Source: Naegleria gruberi
Lineage: Eukaryota
Assembly: GCA_000004985.1 (NCBI GenBank)
Contig: GG738852.1
Direction: 5' to 3' (one strand)
Length of the DNA: 64,000 nt
Below are positions 42,900 through 53,416 of this stretch, piece after piece. Both the position numbers and the translations under genes were made by a program. Numbering within the stretch: the stretch's first letter is position 1; each line of letters opens with the position of its first letter. The notes under the pieces were generated by a model, which did no database searches, was not told where the DNA came from, and worked only from the letters and a program-made list of their open reading frames with translations.

Positions 42900-43017
42900 G
42901 ACTACAGCACCACAGGTTCCCAAGTTGTCTCCAACCTCAGTACTGATGTGGCTCGACGATGCTTAACTTCTCAAATCGGACGGGATGAGGTGTATTCATC
43001 GTGATATGGCCGTAGCC
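42900..43017 (-). rRNA. 5S ribosomal RNA gene (dispersed copy)
   Basis: The minus-strand sequence is ggctacggccatatcacgatgaatacacctcatcccgtccgatttgagaagttaagcatcgtcgagccacatcagtactgaggttggagacaacttgggaacctgtggtgctgtagtc. It aligns along its length with eukaryotic 5S (GCCTACGGCCATACCACC...CCCGTCCGATCTGCGAAGTTAAGC...GTACTTGGATGGGAGAC...TGGGAATACCGGGTGCTGTAGGC), and the 5'/3' ends pair as helix I. It is followed on the same strand by a TTTT terminator (plus 42896-42899). Confidence 0.85.
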
Positions 43018-44371
43018 ATTCATTACCTTAATACAATGAATATAAAGAATATTGAAAATCTCCGAAAGCAGTAAAAGGGACTGTGTGATTCTATTTCAAT
43101 AAATATTGTTTTTCATTTTGTAATTTTAGACGGGAAGCCTGCCAGGAATATGGCGACTATCCCGCTACAGTCTTTGACTGTATGAACAGTGAAGGCAACG
43201 AATCTATTGATTGTTGGTTCAGTAAGTTTGTTGTTTAGAAAAGCTTGCTACGTGACCATTTATTTATCACCTTTGAATTTTATCTATTTAGAAAGAGAAA
43301 CTTGTGGTTGATCAATAAACCTTCAAATTTCGAATTTGAGTCTTCAAATATTTGCTCTCACTTTTTCTTAGTTGAACTTCTTCATGAACAGGATTTACCT
43401 ACAAACCTGCGGCAAGTGTTTATTTCCAAGACAAAATAAAACCCTAACTCCAATACAGTGCAATGAAGATACTAAATGTTTAGTTGTAGTGCTTGTTCAT
43501 TCTGCTCGAGATTAGCTTTGAATACACAATCACCATGTTGATTAATAAAAGGAAAGTGTTGATTCCAATCTTAATAGAATTTTATAGATTAGGTTGTGTA
43601 CGGCGTAATTGTAATATTTTTTTCTTTTAATTGATAAAAAGTTTAAGGTACCAATCTGCATGTTCACAAATCCCCCATTCACAAACCATGGCTGGTTAGG
43701 AATGCAGCAATCATCTATGAACGAGGAAACCTACAGCGAAGCATGTTTCCAGTTCGATATCATGCTCAAGATATGTGACTACAGAGTCTTCATCTTGGTT
43801 AACCTCAAAGGTCAGATTGACTCAAAAAAGTCGAGTTTATGTATTCCTACAGAAAAGATCCTGTAGAAGTACAGTCAATGGTTTTATCAATCTTGCCACT
43901 AGGAGGTAGATATATTGCCCCAACGAGGAGAGGAATTGGAGATGGAAACTTATGGTTCGATTTATAATAATAAAATTCCTCATCATCAATAAAATATTTG
44001 AATAAGATTTTTTGCTGTAATGTTAGTAGTAGGGTGAGCGTGCAATAAGAAAGCTGTAGTAAGGCGAGAACTTGGGCGGTAGATTCATTGGAATTTCAAC
44101 TGCTCAACTTCATGTTGTTATTTGATGAGTCAACAAGTCTTGAGAGCAAAACAAGCCAGGATCGAAATAGTGAATCGATTTTCCAAGTTTGACCTGTTGA
44201 AAGAGAACAAGGTAAAGAGCAGCTGCTCACCACAAAGTTGTATGTTGTTTGGTTGTTGTGTGCGACTGCACAATTCAACCAAGGTATCTAACGTTCTTGT
44301 TAAATTCCGTACGTTACACAAAACCAACAAACTTTCAACACTCAAAAAAATTAATTTAATCCACTATCACA

Positions 44372-44641
44372 ATGACCGATCCAAAGGACCTCACTGAAAC
44401 TGAAGAAGTTGTTGAAGAAGAAGAACAAGAAGAAACAACAACAAAGAAGGCTGTTCCAAAGAGAACTAGAGAAGAAAAGGACGAAGAACCAGAAGAAGAG
44501 GAAGAAGCTGAAGCCGAAGTAGATGAAGACGACGAAGATGATGAAGAATACGTCGAAGAAGAGGAAGACGATGAAGATGAAGATGAGGACGAAGAAGACG
44601 ATGATGATGAAGATGAAGCTCCAAAGAAGAAGAGAAAGTAA
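44372..44641 (+). CDS. Small hyper-acidic protein (89 aa) with C-terminal basic NLS-like tail (prothymosin/nucleoplasmin-like composition)
   Basis: ATG in a good context (cacaATGa). More than 60% Glu/Asp (EEEEQEETTT...DEDDEDDEEYVEEEEDDEDEDEDEEDDDDEDE), ending in APKKKRK. The opposite-strand poly-Ser ORF 44356..44703 is its mirror-image artefact. Confidence 0.45.
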   Translation: MTDPKDLTETEEVVEEEEQEETTTKKAVPKRTREEKDEEPEEEEEAEAEVDEDDEDDEEYVEEEEDDEDEDEDEEDDDDEDEAPKKKRK

Positions 44642-45133
44642 ACTTGCTCACTGATCAATAGCTTAATTCCACAATTTTCAACAAATCTCTCTCCATACAA
44701 CAACCTACTCTCATCACACTTTATTTATATACCTAAATTGCTAAACCTCTCTACAAATCAACAAGCTTGTATTGTTGATAGATTTTCCTCTCTCTAGATT
44801 CTGCTAGCTAGTGAAACCACTCCTCACTACTACAACAATATCCCTAAAATTAGAGTAAATTTAAATATTTACCTGTTCTTTCAAAGTGTGTAATCTTCTC
44901 TCAATGATATGTTGGTACAAACGGGGAACAAGATTGGTAATAATATTGAGCATCCAATGGTTAGAGCTCTTGCTATCAAAAAGTAGATAATAGCTTTGGT
45001 TACTACTCCCAAGAACAAGGACTTTTAACATCATTACGAATTGCTCCTCTTATTGACTTTGTCCTCCTGCCAATAAATGGACGTTCACTTGTCAATCAAC
45101 AAAAAAACGCGAAAATTAACATTCCACATAACA

Positions 45134-45857
45134 ATGAGCAATAAATTCACTGGTGTTTTTCGTAGATTGTGGGAATCCCCAATAGGTTTGTATTCTTTGT
45201 TCTCTTCTTGTTGTTAATGATCATTAATTATAACTACAAAACTGAAAACAATGAAAATTTACGGTAAAAAAAACAATATTTTGTTACTGTTATACATGAT
45301 GACGATAATGATGATGATTGTATTTGCTCATCTGCTCTGATTTAAATTCATTGATTATTGATGACATTGAAATTATTATTATGGTGAACATCTACTTTTT
45401 ACCATTGGCCATGTTGATGATAATTATTATTATATTAATTGGAAAATGTTATATTCTATTAACAATCATCATTGATAATTATTCGGAATAATATAACAAT
45501 GTGGATATTTAATGATGATCAATAGGAATGAAAACTACTCACTTCTGGGGTCCAGTAGCAAACTGGGGTATTGCCATTGCTGGTTTGGCTGATTATGACA
45601 GACCACCAGAACTTGTTTCTGGTCCAATGACTTTTGCTCTTGCAGCCTACAGTGCAGTTTTCATGAGATTTGCCTGGATGGTAAAGCCTCGTAACATGCT
45701 CCTTCTTTACTGTCACGTTGTTAATGAAGGTGTTCAATTGTATCACTTGACTAGAAAGGTTAATTATGAATTGAATAAGAAACCAGTGGATGCTGCTCTT
45801 TCCACTACTGATTCATCAACACCACCACCAACTAATGTTACTGAAAAGAGTAATTAA
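45134..45857 (+). CDS. MPC1: Mitochondrial pyruvate carrier 1 (MPC1/BRP44L family), 2 exons
   Basis: Exon 1 is 45134..45185 (MSNKFTGVFRRLWESPI, donor gtttgt at 45186). Exon 2 is 45526..45857 (acceptor AG at 45524-25). The spliced product ...GMKTTHFWGPVANWGIAIAGLADYDRPPELVSGPMTFALAAYSAVFMRFAWMVKPRNMLLLYCHVVNEGVQL matches the MPC1 core (STHFWGPVANWGLPIAAI...RMTFALCCYSLTFMRFAY..PRN). Confidence 0.8.
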
Positions 45858-46356
45858 TTTGAGGAATTTTTTGGAATAAAGGTATTATTGATTAATAGTA
45901 TTATTCATAATGAAATACCTCAATAATCTTCATTAAATCTTCATCACCAAGTAGATCAGTCAAACATTAATGGCAAAATCAAATTGTAATGATTACCAAA
46001 ATGTATGGAAACAACCAATGGGTATTAACCTTGGTCATAACAAGTGTTGGTTTTCAAACATTATTTAGGCTGCCAACATGGCAATTTAATCCCTCATTCT
46101 TATTAAGACATGACAAATGACACTTGTTGAGGACCTATGACGCTGCCGACCAACAAATGTTTGAACTCCTCCCGCTTCAGTACGAAGCCATAAAATAGAA
46201 AAACAAATACCATTAACACGTTATCCTTTCGTCTCATAAAGGAGCAGAATCCTTCAGTATCATCATTTAGTCTTCATACTACTGAAAACAATTAGAAAGT
46301 TGCTAATTAACAGAGTTTCATTATCTATTTTCGAATATTATTATTGTTCAAACAAA

Positions 46357-48581
46357 ATGTCAGGAGATAATGAAGGGTTTATTGAAACCCTACTAATCAA
46401 TCTCTTCACAATACCAATAACAACAATAGCATCATCATTCCCTCATCACCATCACCAACAATATTCAACTAATCATGTCATGACCATAATGGCAAACGAA
46501 ACCTTTCCAACAATACTCAATAATAGTCAAACAAGTAATTCTACTTCCAATCGAACGGATTGTTCTCCCATTCTCTTCAACCTAGGCAAATGGAGTACTG
46601 AGAAGGAACCAAAGTTTGAATTTGGTTTATGTCCAGATTCAATCATCACTCCAATATTTTCATCAATTTTCCTTGCTCTCTTTCTTGGAATTTGTTTAAT
46701 TTCACTGATGGGAATGATATGGAAGAGAAGGAATGGATTTATACATGCAAGAAATCCAATTTACATGTTCATGACTATTGTGGCTGCATTGATATTCATT
46801 GGAGGTAATGGATTGCGATTCATGATTGGACGAAAGCTATTTCCCTGTGCAATTTATACTGTACTGTTTTTTGTATTGCCTCCACTTGTGAGTTTACCAA
46901 CAATTTTGAGATGTTTGAGATTGTTTTTCATGTGAGTTTTAATTGTTTAATATTATTAATATTATTTAATTAATATTTTGGTTTATTAATGTTTTTTTCT
47001 GGAATGTTTATTGTTACTGGATGGATTAATAATAGGTATAAATTGAATTTACAAAAAACTAAATTATTCGAATTGAAGAATATGGGAAAATCGAATCAAG
47101 CTATTCAAACAGGAGAAAATGTAAATTCACAAATTCAATCATTTGAAATGAATGTAACAAATAGTCAAAATAATTCATCATTAGGAGTTGTGGATTCGAA
47201 TAGTAATAGCTTAACTATTTCATCAAGTGAAAAACAAATTTATGGAAATGAGGATTTAATTCACAGAAGGTCAAACATTACCGAAATTATCAATAATACC
47301 AATCCTAGTACTACCATTGATCCAGAGAAGGCCATTGAACTCAATGCTAAGAGTATTGATATCAAGACAGCTGGAGTTTCACCAATTTTGAAATCTGTCG
47401 ATAATCCAAACGGAAATGTGGATTTTTCAACATCTCATTATTCGAATGGATCTTCAACAATGGAAAACATGTCTCAACAAGATCTGGTTGATTCCTCTCC
47501 AAGACTTTTCAAAAACAATGACAATTTATTTGATGTAGATGTTACAGAAACAGATGATAGTGATTCGTATTCAGATATTGACAGTCGATCCACTTGGGCA
47601 TTTAGAGATTTATCTGATTTACAATCAGAAGTTAGAAGGTTTCAAATATTTACCTTCATGTCAAGTTACAAGTTTGTTCTCATTCTCTATTCTACATTTG
47701 TCATTTTCCAAATAGCTTTGTGGTTAATTTTGGGAGGTGTTGAGGAAGCTCTCTTCTCCAACTCACTAAGTCATACTGGTGAGAGAATCTTTCTTTTGGA
47801 AGGTGGAATGCTTGTTTTTGATAGAGGATGTTCAATGAGCACCAAGATGGTCCTCATCATTGCAGGAGAATCAGTTATTTACATTATTTTTGAAATTGTA
47901 GCACTGATATTATGTATCAGATCAGACAGAGACACATGGAGTGTGAAAAAAGAGGCCATTCTCATTATCATCTTTCAAGTTATAGCAATAATTGCATTTG
48001 TAGTGACTGGTTTAATTGATGAAATTGTTACATTGACAGATTACTTTATTCCATATGGGTATTCACTCATGACCTTTTCACTTGTTGAAGTTTTCACTAC
48101 TGTGCTATTGCCAGTTGTGTATGCAATAGTGAGTGAGTATAGGAATTTAAGGAGAATGGATACAGAGTTTGACTCTGAGTTGGAACAAGTTCTACGTAAT
48201 AGAAAATCATTCAATAAGATGTTGGACTTTGCACGTCGAAGTTATGCACCTGAGAGTGTGTTGTGCTATCGAGATATTCAGAGATTTAAAAAGTTGAGAG
48301 CTAACAATCGAAGAAAGATGGCTCATCACATTGTAAATTCATATCTAACGAGTGGATCTCCTTTGGAATTGAATATTGACAATATTATAATAAGAAAAAA
48401 GGAATTTTCTGATAGGGTTTCTAATACCAATGAAAAGCTTCCAAGAGACATGTTCAATCAGATCCAAGACCATTGTTTGGTTGATATGAGAGACATTTTT
48501 GATCGTCTGAGATCTTCTGATAAGGAGATTTACCAAATGATACAAGATTGGAGGATGAAGCAATCAAAATTAATTAACTGA
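46357..48581 (+). CDS. 7TM receptor-like protein with C-terminal RGS domain (7TM-RGS), paralog A, 2 exons
   Basis: Exons are 46357..46931 and 47036..48581. The intron runs gtgagt at 46932 to AG at 47035 (104 nt). Splicing restores ...LRCLRLFFM/YKLNLQKTKLFEL, collinear with the intronless paralog C (...AYFMYKINLQKTKLFE). It has an extracellular Cys pair (CSPILFNLGKW...GLCPD), 7 TM helices with a long Asp/Ser-rich loop after TM3, and an RGS domain (FNKMLDFARRSYAPESVLCYRDIQRFKK...AHHIVNSYLTSGSPLELNI...IQDHCLVDM..FDRL). Confidence 0.7.
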
Positions 48582-48821
48582 ATTTGATTCAATCATTTAT
48601 TGTAACAACGGTTATTATGATTATTTCAAAATATTAGTATGGCAAATTGACATAAAAGAAGTTAGATATCAGCATCAGAATCAGAATGTACCTGAATAGA
48701 GAATGCCATATCTGAATCAGTAAATACTCAAATAGGATTTTGTTTGATTTTGAAGTTGTTTCTCGACGATATAAAAGGTTGACTTGGTTCTGGCTTAATT
48801 CAAAACAATAATCAGAAAAAA

Positions 48822-49298
48822 ATGAAAAAGATTTCAATCATTATTCTTTTAGCATTGCTATTGTTGGCAGTTATCATTGGCATTGAATGTCAACAAAATC
48901 AAGATCCTTACTCTTATGACACTTATGGTTATGCTCAACAACAAGGAGGACAACAACAACAACCAAGTTCCCAACAAGGTTCTCAAGATCAACAAGGTTC
49001 ACAAGACCAACAAGGTTCTCAAGATCAACAACAATTCGATCCAAATCAACAAGGTCAAGTTGATCCTAACCAACAACAACAACAAGAAATGTTCGAACAA
49101 ATGAGCTATGGTTACAGAAGACCTTATAATTATAGACCATACTACAGACCATACTATAGACCTTATTATAGACCTTATTATAGACCATACTACAGACCAT
49201 ATTATAGACCATATTATAGACCATATCATAGACCATATCATAGACCATACAATTACAATCAATATGGAAGTCATGGTGGAAATTATGGAAAATATTAA
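48822..49298 (+). CDS. Secreted low-complexity protein: signal peptide, Gln-rich GSQDQQ repeats and a C-terminal (RPYY)n Tyr/Pro/Arg repeat
   Basis: ATG start and a hydrophobic signal (MKKISIIILLALLLLAVIIGIEC). GSQDQQ occurs three times. It ends with YRRPYNYRPYYRPYYRPYYRPYYRPYYRPYYRPYYRPYHRPYHRPYNY encoded by a 12-nt tandem DNA repeat. Confidence 0.6.
   Translation: MKKISIIILLALLLLAVIIGIECQQNQDPYSYDTYGYAQQQGGQQQQPSSQQGSQDQQGSQDQQGSQDQQQFDPNQQGQVDPNQQQQQEMFEQMSYGYRRPYNYRPYYRPYYRPYYRPYYRPYYRPYYRPYYRPYHRPYHRPYNYNQYGSHGGNYGKY
49117..49252 (+). repeat. 12-nt tandem repeat (agaccatactac/agaccttattat variants, ~11 units) encoding (RPYY)n
   Basis: Direct inspection: tatagaccttattatagaccttattatagaccatactacagaccatattatagaccatattatagaccatatcatagaccatatcat. 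Coding, inside the preceding CDS. Confidence 0.8.
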
Positions 49299-49618
49299 AT
49301 TGTTAACAATAAAGAAGTGTGACCTTTGTGAGAGAATATTGAAACCTTTTTATCTGCTGGACATGAGTTGTTTTCAATCCTTTCATTTCTTGAACAATAT
49401 CTAATTGCTTGTTGGAGTTCTTCGAATAATCTGTCATGTCATTGAAACAATGCCTCTGCAGAAAACTTTGAATATATCTCCAATACAGAACAATTTTCAA
49501 GTGCTTAATGGTCTCTTGTACCGTAAAGTCCTGAGAGATGTGGTCTACAACCATGGCTATTAAGTTTCGTCAAAAAGTTTGTTATACCACATGTTGCTGT
49601 TTACACTACTATAACAAT

Positions 49619-50692
49619 TTATTCATTGAGTTGGAAAAGAGCCCAATCTACTCTTGGTTGAATGGTCTTTCCATCTTCCATCACATTAGAAATCATGTGT
49701 CCAGCAAACATTTCAGTCTTATACTCTGTGCCATTATCATCGACCAAAATTGGAACATTGACGTATCCTCTTGGAATATCTTGTGAGTCAATCTTTGGCC
49801 ATGCACCAGGTTGACAATCTCCTCTCCATATTCCCTTCTCTGAAAATACACAGAAAGTTGTAATCCATCCACCCAAATAACGAGGACCTGATCCACCGCC
49901 TGAAATGTGAGCTACTCTATTCCACCACTCCTTATTGGGATTTCCCTTGATTGATTCTACAAAATGATCCAAAACAGGGAATAACAAAGCAGACCATTGT
50001 TCCATATATCCTTCCTTTGTGTCAAATTCCAATAATCTATTAGCTCTTTCTCTAATCTTAACCCAGTCCTCAACCTCCCCCAATAATGTAACACTTGGCA
50101 AGTTACAACACAACGAAAACTTGTAATCAAAGTAATTCTTCATAGCAGCCATAAGGACCACTGCTCCAACCATCCTATCATTCTCAGTGGTGGTAGTAAA
50201 ATCTGGCATGACCCATTCTCTTACGCTTGGATCCTTAATATTCTGTGCAATTTGATTGGTCATATCCAATGAGAGGGAAACATAATCAGCCGAGAATAAA
50301 TTACCAGAACCGTAGACTGTTAGCTGTTTCTTTCCATCAAAGTCTACAAATTTGCCTCTCAATTCTTCTGACTTTCCATTCACATAATTTGAAAATTGAG
50401 TACAAATAGCTAGCCATACATCATCAGGTTTAATGACCAAATTATGGTGATAGGAATAGGCTTGAACAGCACTTTTTACAAAAGAGTTTGATCCCAACTT
50501 GATCATGGATTCATCTATTTTACCAAAACTTGATGTAATCGGTTGCTTTACATAAACTTCCTTTTCTTCAGGAGTCTTTGAAGAGGAATAGTTTCTCTCC
50601 TTTCCAGGAAGAATTTGTTCAGGTTTAAAGGCTTGTTGGGGTTTGGAAACATTTTCAACCTTCACCTCTGTAACTTGGAATGTAATGGGCAT
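49619..50692 (-). CDS. Hypothetical conserved protein (~357 aa; possibly DUF4419-like)
   Basis: The ORF-track start at 50806 is GTG; the first ATG is at revcomp 50690-50692 ([10 protein letters not shown]...). It is globular-looking and Trp/Gly-rich ([37 protein letters not shown]...[19 protein letters not shown]). The family assignment is tentative. Confidence 0.4.
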   Translation of the reverse strand: MPITFQVTEVKVENVSKPQQAFKPEQILPGKERNYSSSKTPEEKEVYVKQPITSSFGKIDESMIKLGSNSFVKSAVQAYSYHHNLVIKPDDVWLAICTQFSNYVNGKSEELRGKFVDFDGKKQLTVYGSGNLFSADYVSLSLDMTNQIAQNIKDPSVREWVMPDFTTTTENDRMVGAVVLMAAMKNYFDYKFSLCCNLPSVTLLGEVEDWVKIRERANRLLEFDTKEGYMEQWSALLFPVLDHFVESIKGNPNKEWWNRVAHISGGGSGPRYLGGWITTFCVFSEKGIWRGDCQPGAWPKIDSQDIPRGYVNVPILVDDNGTEYKTEMFAGHMISNVMEDGKTIQPRVDWALFQLNE

Positions 50693-51069
50693 TTTTTTTC
50701 GTGTTGTAATTTTGTTCCTCGTTACTGTAAGGTGGAGTTTATTAATAGGAAAAGGTGTAGCTATTATTTGGGTTGAACAACCACACACAGGTATTGTAGA
50801 GTTCACCTTTGGTGAACCACTCTTATGATGAACTCAGCTCAATTAGCTCAATTGAATTGTAATCTAATTGTTGTTTGTCCAAGTTAACACTTAGTAAAAT
50901 ACAATGTTTGTAAATACTGTATATAATACAAATGTGGCATTGTATTCTTGATTGACTTCCTGTTGAGCCAATGGTAGGTCTAATTCAAACGCTTTGACCA
51001 GGTCATTACAAGTGCAATGACCATCAAATTCTATCCTATAGTTGAGAGGAATCTGAGATATCAGGATGT

Positions 51070-51140
51070 AATCTACACTGAAAATAGCCATCGATTCAAA
51101 GGCTTGCCAGGGGTGACTTGGGCAAAATTAATTTGTAGTG
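51070..51140. mobile_element. Truncated/short copy of the CACTACAAAT-TIR MITE-like element
   Basis: gcaaaattaatttgtagtg (51121-51140) is identical to the 3' terminus of the element at 40978-41135. Upstream, ctacactgaaaatagc resembles that element's 5' region (ctagggtgaaaaatagc). Confidence 0.35.
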
Positions 51141-51237
51141 CAAGGTCAGATTTCCAAAATTGATAATTACAATTATTGAAATACTCAATGAAGTCTTGAC
51201 TGTAGTAATTGACGTTTCTCTTGGTTGGAATGATTTC

Positions 51238-53177
51238 TTACTGTGTAGAATTTGTTGATTGAACTGAATTGTTCAAAGATTTGAGTTCTTTGACAATGTC
51301 ACCAATTTGCTTGTTGGAGCTCTTCAATCTTTCGAATAGATCTGTCATGTCGTTAAGGCAATGATCTTGGATGAGTGCAAACAAATTGTGTGAAATATTT
51401 GGATTTTCCTCAATTAACTTTTCAATTTCACTCCTCCTTTCTTCAATTTTGCTAATATTCAATTCTAGTGGAGCACCAGCAGTAAGGTAAGCCTTCAAAA
51501 TGTGAGTGGCTGCCTTCTTTCTGTTTGCCTTTCTTGCCTTTTTAAATCTCTGTATATCTCTCCAACACAAAACGCTCTCAGTGCAATAACTTCTTCTTGC
51601 AAAGTCAAGTAAGATTTGATAGGTCTTTTTGTTTTTCAAAACCTTCTCAATTCCTGTTTCTTTCACAGCTTGTTTCCTTTCAGTGTCATTGTTGGATTGT
51701 GAGAGCTTGCTCTTTCTGTCGCTGATAAAGGCATACATGGCAGGCATTCCAACACACATAATAATTTCAATCAGCTCATAAATCCATAACGCCAATCCAG
51801 TTGGAACCAAATAGTCCAATAACTTTTCTGTAATATCCAACATGCCAACAACTATAAAAATGATGGCAGCTCCAACCTGAACAATGATTAGAAGGAGTGT
51901 TTCTCTCTTAATTCCCCATGTATCTCTATCAGCCATAACTGCCAAGATGAGGAATACCAATTCTAAGAAGATGTAGACCAGTGCATGGACACCAACAATC
52001 AAGACTGTTGTAGTAGTGAGACCACAACCTCTTTCAAAGACAAACAGACCACCATCAAAGAGGAATAATCTCTTTTTGTTTGGATCTGTACTTGCATTAT
52101 AAGTCACCTCCTCAACAATTCCTAAAACTACCCAAATTATAACTCCAACAAGGAATGCAATGGCATAGGTGGAAAGGATAAACTTTTTGCTGATGAAAAA
52201 GTTCAGAATGGCCAATTGTTTAACTTGTTTTTTAACATCACTAACTTCCTTAAATTCACTCATATTCCAAGTTGAAACGTCAGCTTGTGATTCAGAATCT
52301 CCATCAGTTGTTGAATCATCCCAATTTGGAGGATCGAGTCCAATATCCTCATAATTGTTAGGATCAAAGTTGTTAACCACCTTGTGAATTTGTTCTTGCC
52401 TTCCTGCCATGTCTTCCAATCCAAATATTTTAGAGTCTGATTTTTTCAATTCCACCTCAGTTTGTTCCTTTAGCTGGTTAATTGGTACAATGCCATTCGG
52501 GTTTGTCACTGATGTAGCACCAACAGTGCTGTCTTTTGCTGAAACATCAAAAAGTTTCATCTTTAAAAGATTAATCTTGTACATGAGATAAATTCTCAAC
52601 ATTCTGAAAACTGTCGGTAGCATTACAGCTGGAGGTAATGTAAAGAAACTAAAAGTAATTATACCACAAGGGAATATCTTTCGTCCGATGATTATTCTCA
52701 ATGTTAATCCAACAACAAATACGAAACCAGCACATAAAGTCATGTACAATGATGTGGGATCTCTTGCCATAATATGTCCACTCTTCCTCTTAAATATCAC
52801 TCCTGTTGTTGTCAAAAAGAAATGTCAACAAACAATTTAAAACAATAAATTATTGAAACTTTACCAATTGCACTGAAAATAACACTTATTATATAAACAA
52901 TCACAAAGGTCAACACCAAAGCAAAACTAATATAAGTATCAGGACACAGCCCATAATCAATTGTGCCATTATTTCCCTCCCGAGACCATCCTCCCAAGTT
53001 GAATAATATAGGATCACATGCAAAAGCACTACTATTAGTTGAATTCAATAATCCAATGAATGGACTTGTATCATTTAAAATTCCTCTTCCAATCATCCAC
53101 CCATTGATATTCTCCCGAAGGAACACCTCCAGAGCATCTTCCATTAATCCAAAGTGTGTGGGTTGACTTGCTGGCAT
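51238..53177 (-). CDS. 7TM-RGS receptor-like protein, paralog B, 2 exons
   Basis: Minus-strand exons are 52865..53177 and 51238..52802. The intron runs gtaaag (revcomp of 52863-64) to cag (revcomp ending 52803), 62 nt. The splice joins ...FSAIG to GVIFKRKSGHIMARDPTSLY..., collinear with paralog C (LTGVGVFWKRKSSHVEARSPIY). Same extracellular Cys pair (CDPILFNLGGW...GLCPD), 7 TM and C-terminal RGS domain (YQILLDFARRSYCTESVLCWRDIQRFKKARKANRKKAATHILKAYLTAGAPLELNI). Confidence 0.7.
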
Positions 53178-53190
53178 TTTTTTTTGATAG

Positions 53191-53205
53191 GTTGGCGCGG
53201 TTTTT
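53191..53205. promoter_or_regulatory. E2F-like GC motif GTTGGCGCGGTTTTT in the divergent promoter between 7TM-RGS B and the Rieske-domain gene
   Basis: TTGGCGCGG/CCGCGCCAA is close to the palindromic E2F consensus TTTSGCGCSAAA. It sits in a 240-bp AT-rich intergenic region. Confidence 0.2.
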
Positions 53206-53416
53206 CTGTACAGTGCGATGACATTGAAATGAATGATAAAAGAGGAAGGGTTTTTTGTTAAAGAGGAATTTTCATGTATTTAATTTGTAAAATGTTTTTT
53301 TTTATTCGAAACAGTCTTCTCGTTTGTAAAGTACATGTATTAAGAATTGCACACCTTGAAATGTTTACTAGTTAATAAAATTAAATTTACAATAATATTA
53401 ATTATATTTAAAAAAA

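Noticed and set aside
43660-43866. 68-aa ORF with ATG start in the spacer downstream of the 5S gene
   Set aside because: It is short, has no recognisable motif or hydrophobic signal, and lies in a repeat-remnant-rich spacer. That is insufficient evidence to call a gene.
44356-44703. 115-aa poly-Ser ORF on the minus strand
   Set aside because: It is the antisense reading of the GAA/GAT-rich acidic-protein gene (44372-44641). Its poly-Ser content is a codon-complement artefact.
44865-44875. atatttacctg resembles the 5' end of U1 snRNA (ATACTTACCTG)
   Set aside because: The downstream sequence shows no U1 stem-loop I (the U1-70K binding loop AUCACGAAGG) and no Sm site (AAUUUGUGG-like) within 170 nt. 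It is an isolated 11-mer match in AT-rich DNA.
49117-49252. Regular 12-nt direct repeats that might be mistaken for a CRISPR-like or minisatellite array
   Set aside because: The units are contiguous with no spacers and lie inside a CDS with a signal peptide. They encode a coherent (RPYY)n peptide with synonymous variation, so this is a coding tandem repeat.
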